From: Octopus vulgaris
Taxonomy: Eukaryota
Length of the DNA stretch: 64,000 nt
Assembly (NCBI GenBank): GCA_951406725.2
Contig: OX597842.1
Coordinates: 6,200,001 to 6,264,000 of the forward strand
Direction: 5' to 3'
The position numbers and the translations under genes are program-made. Position 1 is the first letter of the stretch. Each line of letters begins with the position of its first letter. The notes under the pieces were generated by a model that did not search any database, was not told the DNA's origin, and saw nothing but the letters and a program-made list of their open reading frames with translations. Below, piece by piece: positions 1 to 13,361 of the stretch.

Positions 1-142
1 TCATATTTACTCACATACAAATATTTGCACGTTTAGATCCAAGATAAGTCAATTTCAAATCTCGTCATGACAATCAACGTGTATAATACAAGAATAGCCA
101 CACAGTAAATGTTATTCTGGTCAGGAGTAAAAATAATTTAGG

Positions 143-290
143 GAGCTTGCTTCCTAGCTACATGGTTTCGGGTTCAGTCCCACTGTGTGGCACTTTGGGT
201 AGGGTGTCTTCCACTATAGCCCCGAGTCGACCGAAGCTTTGTGATTGAATTCGGTAGGCGGGAGCTACTGCCGTGTGTGTATGTGTGCGT
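143..290 (+). mobile_element. Diverged head of tRNA-derived CORE-type SINE (family A)
   Basis: gagcttgcttcc..ggttcagtcccactgtgtggcactttggg..ctatagccccgag matches the family A head seen intact at 48571 and 60222. Confidence 0.75.
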
Positions 291-518
291 ATAGCTGCTC
301 AGTGCCTCTCCGAAAGAGAGAGAGGGTATTAATTCATAATAGAATATGAGGATAAAATCATGTGAATGAATTTTATCAGGTAGTCAGCAAGCTATGAAAA
401 TTTACAGTCAATTTAGATATTAAATTAATAATAAAATATATATGCATACATACACACATACATACACACATACATACGTACATACATATATATGACGAAC
501 TAACTGTTACTTTCTTAG

Positions 519-722
519 ATGCAGCACGGACTTTGTCAGTGAACAGGTCGCGGATTTTAGCGACGAAAATATTTTGACAAATTAAACTTAAATGTTGGAG
601 TGAATCGAACGGCTTTTGTGTGTTTCTTAAATGGCTTATAAACACCTCCCACGCTGCAATTGTTTTTTCAGCACACGATCTCAGATCAAATTACTTGCTA
701 TGCGAGTACATCTCCGTAAAAA
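519..722. mobile_element. Right half of palindromic fold-back (MITE-like) element
   Basis: Near-identical to 46430-46631; starts exactly at the palindrome centre (gatgcagcacgg). Confidence 0.8.
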
Positions 723-1087
723 TATATATGTATATAATTATATTAAGAAGACAAGGGCAAGAATAGTCTATCCCCAGCATGCTTGAAGTGCCTTTACATT
801 CAAAAACCTACTAAAGTCTCCACATAAATATACACATAATTACCCACTTACGTAAGTGTTTTAGGAGGGGGTGCTTAATTTCTGAAGATTCACTGGCGTC
901 TACTTCAATTTATCTTTAACTTTCAAGAAAATGGATATTTCTTAATGAAAATCTCAACAAATATACCTTGGAATATTATTAGATTAGATTCACTTCTGTA
1001 AAAAGGTTTCTCAATGTCAACTTCTGCTATTGGCATAAAAACTGCGAAGTCTGTCCCTGCCTAATTTTAATGTTTTCATTTCAAGCC

Positions 1088-1447
1088 TCCGTGCCGGTGG
1101 CACGTAAAAGGCACCATCCATTCGTGGCCGTTGCCAGCCTCGCGTGGCACGTAAAAAGCACCATCCGATCGTGGCCGTTTGCCAGCCTCACCTGGTTCCC
1201 CCATGCCGGTGGCACGTAAAAAGCACCATCCGTCCGTGGCCGTTTGCCAGCTCCGTCTGGCACCTGTGCTAGTGGCACGTAAAAAGCACCCACTACACTC
1301 ACGGAGTGGTTGGCGTTAGGAAGGGCATCCAGCCGTAGAAACACTGCCAGATCAGACTGGACCTGATGCAGCCTTCTGGCTTCACAGACCCCAGTTGAAC
1401 CATCCAACCCATGCTAGCATGGAAAGCGGACGCTAAATGATGATGAT
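1088..1447 (+). mobile_element. SINE-like repeat with four internal gtggcacgtaaaa(a/g)gcacc units and (TGA)n tail
   Basis: Four repeated units 1097-1291; gttggcgttaggaagggcatccagccgtag motif of the kind found in RTE-associated elements; ends aaatgatgatgat; diverged reverse relative near 35425. Confidence 0.6.
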
Positions 1448-2364
1448 ACACGGTGATTGTCATGAGCGAATTTAAAACTGCCATATCTTTCATCTATACA
1501 TGCAGGTATTTGTATGTAGAAGAGTGAAAATGCTTGGTACAGTATGTACAATCAAAATTGACTTATCTTGGATCTATACATGCAAATATTTGTATGTAGA
1601 TGTGTGAACCTGCTTTGTATAGTATGTACAATTATTTAGTCTTATATTTTCCGGTGTATTGTGTATCATCCGCTAAATGATGATGATGATTTAATTCGCT
1701 ATTTCTAAACACCTACGATAAACTACTGAAACGATTATTTACTAAGTTCACAAATTTAAATATTCAGTACAAGGTAGTTTTCAATTTATGCTTCTATTTA
1801 TGCGATTTTTTCATTCCGTGTCCATCTCATTCACTGTTTGCAATATTTTCTCTCTCACACACACACACATCACATTAAAATTTTGCGATTCAACATGGGG
1901 CATTCAAAACATATGTGCATTATTTAACTGGAACTTGCACCCTTTGTTAATTTACATAAACATTTTTTTATTTTCTTTTTCATGCCATGTTCAGCTCTAT
2001 TTATTTTTAATGAGTCACCAATGCACAAGTGTTTTTGTATGTGCTTTTGTATACATTTATTTATGGTGTGTGTGAGTGTGAGTGAAGGGGTGTGTTGTTA
2101 TGTATATGTACATACATAAATACATGTGTGTGTGTGTGTGTTTGAGAGAGAGAGAGAGAGTGATGTCCAAATGGCACTCTCTCTCTTTCTCTCACACACA
2201 TACATATAAGAAAGATGTATGCATATGTATTTATGTATGTACAAATACATAACAACACACCCCTTCACCCACTTTCTCTCTCTCTCTCTCACACACATCC
2301 AATTCATCTGTTTGATACTCTGTGTGTGTGTGTGTGTGCGCGCGCGCGTGGCATTCCACAATCA

Positions 2365-3662
2365 TCAGATTTTACCTGGTGACACAGGTAAAACATTTGT
2401 AACATTGCTTCTCTCCAAAGTAAGGTAACACAAAAAAAAAATTACAACTGCTGTACCATTCATTGTCTGGCTTTGCTGTCACCGTTCTCCCAGGAGGACA
2501 AACAGTTCATTCTGCTTTTAAATAATCACTAAACCTAGTCACAAGTGACAGTCCAATTTGTAACATAAGCAAAGATTCAGGCTCAGCAGAAGTGTTGTGC
2601 CAATGCCACCTTATCATTTGGGATGAATGCACTGCGTCACATAGAGGTGCAATAGAAGCTCTTGGTAAGACCTTACAGGACATCAGAGGCAACAATAAAT
2701 CTATGGGAGGAGTTACATTAGTTTTATCAGGAGACTTCAGACAGACATTTTTAGTCATTCTGAGACGAACAAGATCTGATCAAATAAAAGCATGCATTAA
2801 GTAAGTCTTCACACCTTTGGAATAAAGTACAGAAATTCTCCTTCAATACTAAAGTGCAAAATAGTTTTCAACCTGGCTCCTCCAATTAGGAAATGGGTAA
2901 CTACCATTTGATGGGAATGGTGATATTAGTTTGGGTCATATTTTTATCATGGTGAATTCCCCAACTGAATTGAAGGACAGGGTATTGCCAGACTTAAGTA
3001 ATAATTATAATTCACATAAATGGTTTTGTGAAAGGACAATTCTTACTCCAAAAAATGAGACAGTAGCAAGAATTAACCATGAATTAATGAATAAGATTCC
3101 GACAGTCATTAAGAAGTGCAAATCAGTTGATTCAGTCCATGATGAAAATCAAGCCGTCCATTAGTCAACAGAGTTTTTTAATTTTCTTAAGCCACCCGAA
3201 TTCCTCCACATAAACTTTTTCTGAAGGTAGGAGTCCCAGTAATGCTTCTAAGAAATTTAAATTCTCCTAAATTATACGATGGGACAAGGTTGATTGTCAA
3301 GACATTATCACTTAATGTGACAGAAGCTACCATCATCACCAGATGTGTCTCTGGGGAAGAGGTTTTCGTTCCAAGAAATCCAATCAAACCAACAGACATG
3401 CATTTTGTGTTCAAATGAACGCAATTCCCAGTGCGACTTTGCTTTGCAATGTCTATTAATAAAGCTCATGGTCAGTCTTTGAAATCTACTGGCTTGCTTT
3501 CTTAGTTGGTTGCACCAGGGTTGGTAGTTTTGCAAGACTTATTCGTCTATGCTCCAAACCAGAAAACATTGAACGTTGTTTACCCAGAAGCTCTTACATA
3601 ACTTCCTTCAACGTGTGGTAGAATTTATCCCCTTTCATAAAAGTGGTAAATTTTGTATTTTC

Positions 3663-3711
<49 letters not shown>

Positions 3712-4129
3712 GCTATTATTATTATCATTTTGTATTATGAATTCAGAATTGATTTCCTAATTAAAGAATAAATTGTATCCCAATTGAAGAATAAATTTAA
3801 TTTAGAATAACAAATTTATATATAACATATTTTGCTTTTTACGGAGATGTACTTGCATAGCAACTGACCTGATCTGAGATTGTGTGCTGGAATGAAAACA
3901 ATTGCAACATGAAAGGTGTTTATAAGCCATTTAAGAAACACACAAAAAAACCTTTAGATTCACGAAAATATTTTGACAAATTAAATTTAAATTTTTAAGT
4001 GAATCTAACGGTTTTTGTGTATTTCTTAAATGGCTTATAAACACCTTCCATGCTGCAAATATTTTGCTTTTTTCTTCCAATATGTGAGGAGAAATTTAAT
4101 TCCCGGACAACGCCGGGTGCCTCTGCTAG
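2365..4129 (+). mobile_element. Helitron remnant: degenerate Pif1-family helicase plus 3' hairpin/CTAG end
   Basis: PGDTGKTF (Walker A), LIIWDEC (Walker B), GGVTLVLSGDFRQ, ILTPKNE, QFPVRLCFAMSINKAHGQSLK across stops/frameshifts (2365-3600); cccggacaacgccggg hairpin then ctag|t at 4126-4130. Confidence 0.9.
3837..4060. mobile_element. Internally deleted copy of the palindromic fold-back element inside the Helitron 3' region
   Basis: ttttacggagatgtac.. is the reverse complement of the 519-722 end; inverted arms ggtgtttataagccatttaagaaa / tttcttaaatggcttataaacacc. Confidence 0.75.
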
Positions 4130-4156
4130 TATGTGTGTGTGTGTGTATCTTTTATT

Positions 4157-4326
4157 TGTTTTAGTCATTACACTACAGCCATGCTGGGGCACCGCCTTGA
4201 AGAACTTTAGTCGGACGAATTGACACCCAGTGCTTATTCTGTCGGTTTCTCTTGCCGAACCTCTATGTTACGGGGACATAAACACACCAACACAAGTTGT
4301 CAAGCGGTACTGGGCTACAAAGACAA

Positions 4327-4365
<39 letters not shown>
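4157..4365 (-). mobile_element. SINE family A 3' half
   Basis: ccatgctggggcaccgcc..gccgaacc..gttgtcaagcg then (CA)n. Confidence 0.75.
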
Positions 4366-4370
<5 letters not shown>

Positions 4371-4729
4371 AGAGTTTGAATTTACCAGGATAGGTTAGAG
4401 GGCATTTTGAGCTCCGAATTGAAACACTTTTTTCTTTCCCCCATCACTGCTGTTGTCGTGCTTTTAATTCCGCAATTGAAAAACGCTGAAGAATTTGATA
4501 CTGTGTCAGTTATAAAACATACGGTAACAAACAAACACGCGCACGCGCACACACACACACGGCCATGTGTGTGTGTATACATAAATTTCTATCTATATAT
4601 ATAATATACATACACACGCATCCATGCACACATGCGTTTGTGTTTGTATTAAACTTACCGAATGGCATTTGTTAAATGAAGTATGTAAACATGGGCATTT
4701 ATGTACCAGCATGCAGGCTATGTGTACAT

Positions 4730-4733
4730 ATGC

Positions 4734-4766
<33 letters not shown>

Positions 4767-4837
4767 TATACATATATACATACATATATACACATATACA
4801 TATACATATATACATATATACATACATATATACACAC

Positions 4838-4883
<46 letters not shown>

Positions 4884-4909
4884 GTATATATATACACACA
4901 CACACACAC

Positions 4910-4954
<45 letters not shown>

Positions 4955-4984
4955 CACACACATATATATATATATACACACATG

Positions 4985-5045
<61 letters not shown>

Positions 5046-5100
5046 TACACACACACACACATATATATATATATGCCCAAGCAATATACATACATACATA
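4730..5100. repeat. Compound (TA)n/(CA)n microsatellite
   Basis: Directly visible. Confidence 0.95.
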
Positions 5101-5472
5101 CACCTTTATTATGCTATGGAAGACTGTAGAGAATAAAATATACGACTTAAAAGTTTGGTCGCTGTTTTGTTACATATTTAGAAGCTGGTTATTGATTTAC
5201 TTATTGAATTTATTTACAGATACTGTTGTACATAGGGTAAATGTGTTTGAAAGTCGTAGGTTTTTGGGGAGGGTGGGGTATGTTTGTTCCCAAACAACAC
5301 TTATTTTATTGCTGTTGACACTGTCGGATTAAATGGTACTGCCCGGGTGTCGAAACCATAATGATATCCAGGGGGAAGCTGATGATGGAAGTATGTTGGA
5401 CTGTTGATATTTGTTTATGTGGAATAGTGTTATAAATCATCATTTTGATATGAATAAATAAATAAATAAATA

Positions 5473-6134
<662 letters not shown>

Positions 6135-6352
6135 TTATTTCATAAATATTTGCCATGGAGGCATTACAAAGAGGGGTCGAACAAGAACAGACAAACATAA
6201 AAGGGTGAAGTAGCTGTAGCGATTAAATATTTACAATTTAAAGATATAATAATTTAATAAATATGTTTATAACTTTTGACTATCTCTGAAGGATAGGCAT
6301 CCGACCACCAGGGTAGACCCCTTGCTTTTTCTTTCCTGATTTTGGCTTCCAC

Positions 6353-7270
6353 TTACCTGGTGCCAAACACTCCCAGCTTCCTCGCCACAGGCTTCCATCT
6401 TCTCATGAATCTGTATCGTGACAGGTACCTTTTCTCCAGCCTGATCTTATTACTGAGGTGGTAACTAAAAAAGTTAACCAACCCGTGGCCGGATACAAAG
6501 GTACCCGACACTATGCCTCTCACATGCGTCTTCCATACTGTTTCTTTCAGTATGGCTACTACGCAGAAAAAGCAAACCTTCCTTTCCCTGTTAAGAGCAG
6601 GTGGCAGCACAATCTCGATGATAGATTCAGCTGATAGCTGTACTCTTCCTATTGATAACAACAGTTGCTCTGCGAAAACTATCAGTCTCGTTAATTCCGG
6701 ACACTCCACAAATGCATGCATGACGGTTTCCCTGTCCTGCCCGCACCTCAAACCTGTCGGCGAGACGGCACCTCCGTGCCTTGACAGTTTATCACGAACA
6801 GATAACGCCGCACGGAAGCACTGCCAAGCCAGAGATTTCTGGTAATTGTCCAGATACCCCGGCCCGAAAGTTCTCCGGAACATGTTGATTAACTGATTTT
6901 CATCGTAGACCAGGGTCTTCCCCAAGGCGTCTTCGGACTTAACCTCCACTAACCCACTATAGAAATCTGCGGTGGAACTCTTGTTGCCGGCATTGCCAGT
7001 CCCCCAGCCTAGGCCTCTGCTTGATCCAATTACCAATGTCTGCTAAGGACGTTAATTACGGAAGGTAGAACCGAACGTGCGGTGACCACACCTGCTCTCC
7101 ATCCAGGTAAAGCCAGAGGTGACTCGACCTTAACGCGAACTTTCGCATTCTCAGCCAAGGCATCCCAGCTTGGTCTCTGTAGCAACCATCACATGCATAC
7201 CATATGATCTGAGGTCGTCGAGGAAACAAGCTTGCTTCCACTTCGAGCTCAGACCACGCACATTCAAACA
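6353..7270 (-). pseudogene. C-terminal fragment of L1/Tx1 ORF2 (zf-RVT-like)
   Basis: GMPWLRMRKFALRSSHLWLYLDGEQVWSP.. and YQKSLAWQCFRAALSVRDKL..LRCGQDRETVMHAFVEC (degenerate C-terminal CCHC). Confidence 0.75.
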
Positions 7271-7375
7271 TCCAAGGTTAAGTGCAGTCATTTAAAACAA
7301 AAGAAAAGCAAGGGTTCTACTTACCCTTTGACTTTTCTTTTTTTGGTGATGCTGGGGCTGACCTCACCTGCTCCT

Positions 7376-8702
7376 TCAAAACTCCTTCAAATACCGCGGA
7401 AGGTCCGGGATGTTTACGATGGTCCTCGGATGCCTACCCTTCATTTCATTATACAGTTTTTCTGATATCCAGGCACATCTCTCTTCCGTGCCTTTGGGCT
7501 GCTGCAACAGCTCCACGGTGTGGGGCTTTTTTTTAAAAAATGTCCTTAATATATTCATCCCTGGTATCAAACTTTACCAGGGTTTTCGTCCTATCTTTGT
7601 TCTTTTTTATTTTCTCTTTTGGGACAGTGGAGCAGGATCTTTTTTTCTGTGGTGTGTTGTTTTTCTTCTTTTTTCTTTGTGGGGGATATGGATGGGGAAG
7701 GTGCATGTGTTCTCTTTTTTCTGGGTGTCTTGAACTCCCCCTCGGTCACCTCCATGCTGTCTTCCAGAGGAGTTGTTACTTCAGAGGGGGTGGGTGCATT
7801 TGTTTCTGTTGGGACCGGTGTGTGCATGGCCTGGGGTTTTTGGGTGTTTTTTTTGGGAGCAGGTGCCACAGATGGTGGGGTGGGAGTATTTGTTTCTGTG
7901 GGGGCTAATTTGTGTGTGGGTTTTTCTGTAGTTGAAGGGCCTGATGTCTGCGCATTTCTTTTCTTTTTGTTTCATATTTCACAGTCTACACGAATGTGGC
8001 CTTTTTTCCACATTCGAAACACGTGGGCTTTTTGCCCTCTACTTGAATCTTGAGGGCAATATCTTCCCCCAAGAGCACTCTTTCTGGCAGCATTTCGATG
8101 TCTTCTTGTGTTCCCTGAATAATCGCAGAGATGCTCTGCCCTTGCCAATTTTGTGGGGCAGTGCATGTGATTTGGAGGAAGGTGATTTTGTCCGTCCTGT
8201 TATACAACAGGGCGGCCATCACCTCCCTTGCCTCAGTTTCTGATGGTACTTCATTTATTCTGACGTGTGTTGTTCTCCTTCCCATGTATGTTGGGAGCAG
8301 CACCACCTCCTTCGTTTTCAGAGGAGTCACTGAGTGCTCTTGGGCTTTTTCGGTCGTCTCAAATCTGGCCTCTATTGTTCCATATGCCCGGCACCTCGCT
8401 ATGTATTTTATATCTTTCCATATAGGGACCAGACATTTTTCTATTTCGCACTTTTCGAAGTGTTTGAATTTTTTCAATGAAGGACAGTACGTTTTGTAAA
8501 CGACTGTCCTTCTCTTCAGATTTTCAACACTAGGGGAGGGTGAGATCTTTATATCCCCACCCTCCTCTTTCATTCTCTCAAAAAGCTCGGAGAGCTTCTC
8601 CGTTTGTATTACTACATATTTGCACGATACAGCGACTACTAGCGCGAACTTTTTTGCTGGCTCATGCAGCTGGTTTGTTTCTTGAATTATTTCGACCGAC
8701 AT
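7376..8702 (-). CDS. L1/Tx1-type ORF1 (gag-like zinc knuckle plus low-complexity tail), split by homopolymer frameshifts
   Basis: 238-aa ORF ends KPTCFECGK and continues GHIRVDC in another frame (CX2CX4HX4C); the frameshift lies in an A-run whose length differs between the two copies. Confidence 0.7.
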
Positions 8703-8730
8703 AATTCGTTCGAAATAAATTTAATCCCAG

Positions 8731-9033
8731 AAAATGGGAAACCTACAATTTTTTACTTTTTTTTTCAGCGAGGACAACAGTTCAAATCCCACCCCCGCTG
8801 GGGGGCCAGACGTAACAACAAAGCCTATAACGTTCGAAATTTTTTTTTTCCAGAATAATAACAATACAGAATCCCTCCAAAAACGGGAAACCTATAATAT
8901 TTTTTTTCTCACAACGAGGACACCAGTTCAAATCTCACCCTCGATAGGGGCGGATGCTACAATAGAGCCTACAACGGCTAAAATTTAATTTTTCAAGCAA
9001 TAATAAATTGCTTGTCCCCCAAAACGGGAAAGT
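8731..9033. repeat. About 145-bp tandem monomers (about 2.1 units) in the LINE 5' UTR
   Basis: aaaa(t/c)gggaaacct..cgaggaca.cagttcaaatc.caccc repeats at about 8731, 8879 and partially 9021. Confidence 0.75.
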
Positions 9034-9231
9034 TTAGGGATAATAGCTATAAAATTATTGAAAGTTGAGATAGTGAGAAAAGGAGTGGCAAAAAGTGTCT
9101 AATTCAGTAGCAGAAGTACGAGGGACGTTCAATAAGTCTCTGAACTACTTGCAGTTGTTTGATCTAACTGCAATTTTGCATGTGCAATTATTTATATCTC
9201 TATATATTAAGTGGCAAATTACAGCTCTGAA

Positions 9232-9331
9232 NNNNNNNNNNNNNNNNNNNNNNNNNNNNNNNNNNNNNNNNNNNNNNNNNNNNNNNNNNNNNNNNNNNNN
9301 NNNNNNNNNNNNNNNNNNNNNNNNNNNNNNN
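9232..9331. other. Assembly gap (100 N)
   Basis: Directly visible. Confidence 1.
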
Positions 9332-10371
9332 GGTTATTTTGTTATTTGTTAATATATAAAAATATTATATATCTTAATTTTTCATATATTATTATGTAAT
9401 TTTACACAAAAAAAATATAGAAATTGAAATCTGTTTATTTTAAATATAGTAAAAAAACTATATTTTTAGTTAAATAATATCCAGTGTAAATTTGTATATT
9501 TTATACTTTTTTAAATAGAAATAAATACATTGTATTTATATATGTAAATTATAAAATAAATGCTTATTTAAACAATATAATATCTTATTGTATAAAATAA
9601 AAATATATATTTTTTTAATTTAAAATATATATTTATTATATGTATTAAAATAAAAATATAGTATAATATATATATTATAATATATAATTTTATATTATTA
9701 ATTTATTTTTTTCATTTATATTAAGGTGGCGTTTTTTTTTGTTGTTTTTTTTTTTGTTTTTTTTTTTTTTTTTTGTTTATTGTGTTATTATTTTTTTTTA
9801 TTTTTATTGTTTGGATTTTATATATATATTTTTTTTTTTTTTTTTGTTGTTTATTTTTTTTTTATTGTGTTTTTTTTTTTTTTGTGTGTTTGTGTTTGTT
9901 TTTTTTTTGTGTGTGTTGTTTTTGTTAATATATATATATATGTATATATATATATGTTGTATATGTTGTTTTTTTGTTTGTTGTTTATTTTTTTTGTTTT
10001 GTTGTTTGTGTGTTTTGTTTTTTTTTTTTATTGTTTTTTTTTTTTGGGTTTTTTTTGTTTTTTTTGTGTTTTTTTTTTTGTTAAATATATATGAATATAT
10101 ATATATATATGTACACACACACACATATTTAAAACAACAAACACACAAATTTAAAACATACAAACAATAATTTTTTATATATATACATATATATATTTAT
10201 GTAATATATTATAAAAATTACAAGAATTAAACTAATTATAATATGTAAATAACAATAAAAAAAATTTTTTTATAATTCCTAAAAAAAATATAATATTTTT
10301 TTATATTAAAAAAAAAATATATATAAAAAAGAAAATTGTAAAAATGTAATTTATTCATTTTATATTATCGA
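9332..10371. other. GC-depleted low-complexity contig end, probably low-quality sequence
   Basis: Almost no C/G, long T runs, abrupt switch to high-identity duplicate at 10372. Confidence 0.6.
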
Positions 10372-10400
10372 GGAACCATGTAGTTCGTAAGCAAGCTACT

Positions 10401-13359
10401 TTATTTCATAAATATTTGCCATGGAGGCATTACAAAGAGGGGTCGAACAAGAACAGACAAACATAAAAGGGTGAAGTAGCTGTAGCGATTAAATATTTAC
10501 AATTTAAAGATATAATAATTTAATAAATATGTTTATAACTTTTGACTATCTCTGAAGGATAGGCATCCGACCACCAGGGTAGACCCCTTGCTTTTTCTTT
10601 CCTGTTTTTGGCTTCCACTTACCTGGTGCCAAACACTCCCAGCTTCCTCGCCACAGGCTTCCATCTTCTCATGAATCTGTATCGTGACAGGTACCTTTTC
10701 TCCAGCCTGATCTTATTACTGAGGTGGTAACTAAAAAGTTAACCAACCCGTGGCCGGATACAAAGGTACCCGACACTATGCCTCTCACATGCGTCTTCCA
10801 TACTGTTTCTTTCAGTATGGCTACTATGCAGAAAAGCAAACCTTCCTTTCCCTGTTAAGAGCAGGTGGCAGCACAATCTCGATGATAGATTCAGCTGATA
10901 GCTGTACTCTTCCTATTGATAACAACAGTTGCTCTGCGAAAACTATCAGTCTCGTTAATTCCGGACACTCCACAAATGCATGCATGACGGTTTCCCTGTC
11001 CTGCCCGCACCTCAAACCTGTCGGCGAGACGGCAGCTCCGTGCCTTGACAGTTTATCACGAACAGATAACGCCGCACGGAAGCACTGCCAAGCCAGAGAT
11101 TTCTGGTAATTGTCCAGATACCCCGGCCCGAAAGTTCTCCGGAACATGTTGATTAACTGATTTTCATCGTAGACCAGGGTCTTCCCCAAGGCGTCTTCGG
11201 ACTTAACCTCCACTAACCCACTATAGAAATCTGCGGTGGAACTCTTGTTGCCGGCATTGCCAGTCCCCCAGCCTAGGCCTCTGTTTGATCCAATTACCAA
11301 TGTCTGCTAAGGACGTTAATTACGGAAGGTAGAACCGAACGTGCGGTGACCACACCTGCTCTCCATCCAGGTAAAGCCAGAGGTGACTCGACCTTAACGC
11401 GAACTTTCGCATTCTCAGCCAAGGCATCCCAGCTTGGTCTCTGTAGCAACCATCACATGCATACCATATGATCTGAGGTCATCGAGGAAACAAGCTTGCT
11501 TCCACTTCGAGCTCAGACCACGCACATTCAAACATCCAAGGTTAAGTGCAGTCATTTAAAACAAAAGAAAAGCAAGGGTTCTTCTTACCCTTTGACTTTT
11601 TCTTTTTTGGTGATGCTGGGTCTGACCTCACCTGCTCCTTCAAAACTCCTTCAAATACCGCGGAAGGTCCGGGATGTTTACGATGGTCCTCGGATGCCTA
11701 CCCTTCATTTCATTATACAGTTTTTCTGATATCCAGGCACATCTCTCTTCGGGCTGCTGCAACAGCTCCACGGTGTGGCGCTTTTTTTTAAAAATATGTC
11801 CATAAAGTATCAAACTTTACCAGGGTTTTTGTTCTATCTTTGTTCTTTTTTATTTTCTCTTTTGGGACAGTGGAGCAGGATCTTTTTTTTCTGTGGTGTG
11901 TTGTTTTTCTTCTTTTTTCTTTGTGGGGGATATGGATGGGGAAGGTGCATGTGTTCTCTTTTTTCTGGGTGTCTTGAACTCCCCCTCGGTCACCTCCATG
12001 CTGTCTTCCAGAGGAGTTGTTACTTCAGAGGGGGTGGGTGCATTTGTTTCTGTTGGGACCGGTGTGTGCATGGCCTGGGGTTTTTGGGTGTTTTTTGGGG
12101 GAGCAGGTGCCACAGATGGTGGGGTGGGAGTATTTGTTTCTGTGGGGGCTAATTTGTGTGTGGGTTTTTCTGTAGTTGAAGGGCCTGATGTCTGCGCATT
12201 TCTTTTCTTTTTGTTTCCATATTTCACAGTCTACACGAATGTGGCCTTTTTCCACATTCGAAACACGTGGGCTTTTTGCCCTCTACTTGAATCTTGAGGG
12301 CAATATCTTCCCCCAAGAGCACTCTTTCTGGCAGCATTTCGATGTCTTCTTGTGTTCCATGAATAATCGCAGAGATGCTCTGCCCTTGCCAATTTTGTGG
12401 AGCAGTGCATGTGATTTGGAGGAAGGTGATTTTGTCCGTCCTGTTATACAACAGGGCGGCCATCACCTCCCTTGCCTCAGTTTCTGATGGTACTTCATTT
12501 ATTCTGACGTGTGTTGTTCTCCTTCCCATGTATGTTGGGAGCAGCACCACCTCCTTCGTTTTCAGAGGAGTCACTGAGTGCTCTTGGGCTTTTTCGGTCG
12601 TCTCAAATCTGGCCTCTATTGTTCCATATGCCCGGCACCTCGCTATGTATTTTATATCTTTCCATATAGGGACCAGACATTTTTCTATTTCGCACTTTTC
12701 GAAGTGCTTGAATTTTTTCGATGAAGGACAGTACGTTTTGTAAACGACTGTCCTTCTCTTCAGATTTTCAACACTAGGGGAGGGTGAGATCTTTATATCC
12801 CCACCCTCCTCTTTCATTCTCTCAAAAAGCTCGGAGAGCTTCTCCGTTTGTATTACTACATATTTGCACGATACAGCGACTACTAGCGCGAACTTTTTTG
12901 CTGGCTCATGCAGCTGGTTTGTTTCTTGAATTATTTCGACCGACATAATTCGTTCGAAATAAATTTAATCCCAGAAAATGGGAAACCTACAATTTTTTAC
13001 TTTTTTTCTCAGCGAGGACAACAGTTCAAATCCCACCCCCGCTGGGGGGCCAGACGTAACAACAAAGCCTATAACGTTCGAAATTTTTTTTTTCCAGAAT
13101 AATAACAATACAGAATCCCTCCAAAAACGGGAAACCTATAATATTTTTTTTCTCACAACGAGGACACCAGTTCAAATCTCACCCTCGCTAGGGGCGGATG
13201 CTACAATAGAGCCTACAACGGCTAAAATTTAATTTTTCAAGCAATAATAAATTGCTTGTCCCCCAAAACGGGAAAGTTTAGGGATAATAGCTATAAAATT
13301 ATGAAAGTTGAGATAGTGAGAAAAGGAGTGGCAAAAAGTGTCTAATTCAGTAGCAGAAG
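10401..13359 (-). mobile_element. L1/Tx1-like element, copy 2 (within duplicated block 10372-13474)
   Basis: Near-identical to 6135-9118, including both flanks. Confidence 0.8.
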
Positions 13360-13361
13360 TA

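Larger units (their letters stand above)
6135..9118 (-). mobile_element. L1/Tx1-like non-LTR element with ORF1 and only the C-terminal part of ORF2 (copy 1)
   Basis: ORF1 with CCHC knuckle, ORF2 C-terminal zinc motif, no EN or RT between them, tandem monomers in 5' region, 3' end ..atttatgaaataa. Confidence 0.8.

Noticed and set aside
1097-1291. CRISPR-like repeat-spacer pattern
   Set aside because: The spacers are mutually similar, the context is a eukaryotic SINE-like element and there are no cas genes.
2365-3600. Host PIF1 gene
   Set aside because: Intronless, multiply disrupted and followed by a Helitron hairpin-CTAG end.
9726-10170. Phe-rich or Lys-rich ORFs
   Set aside because: Low-quality T-rich contig end next to the gap.
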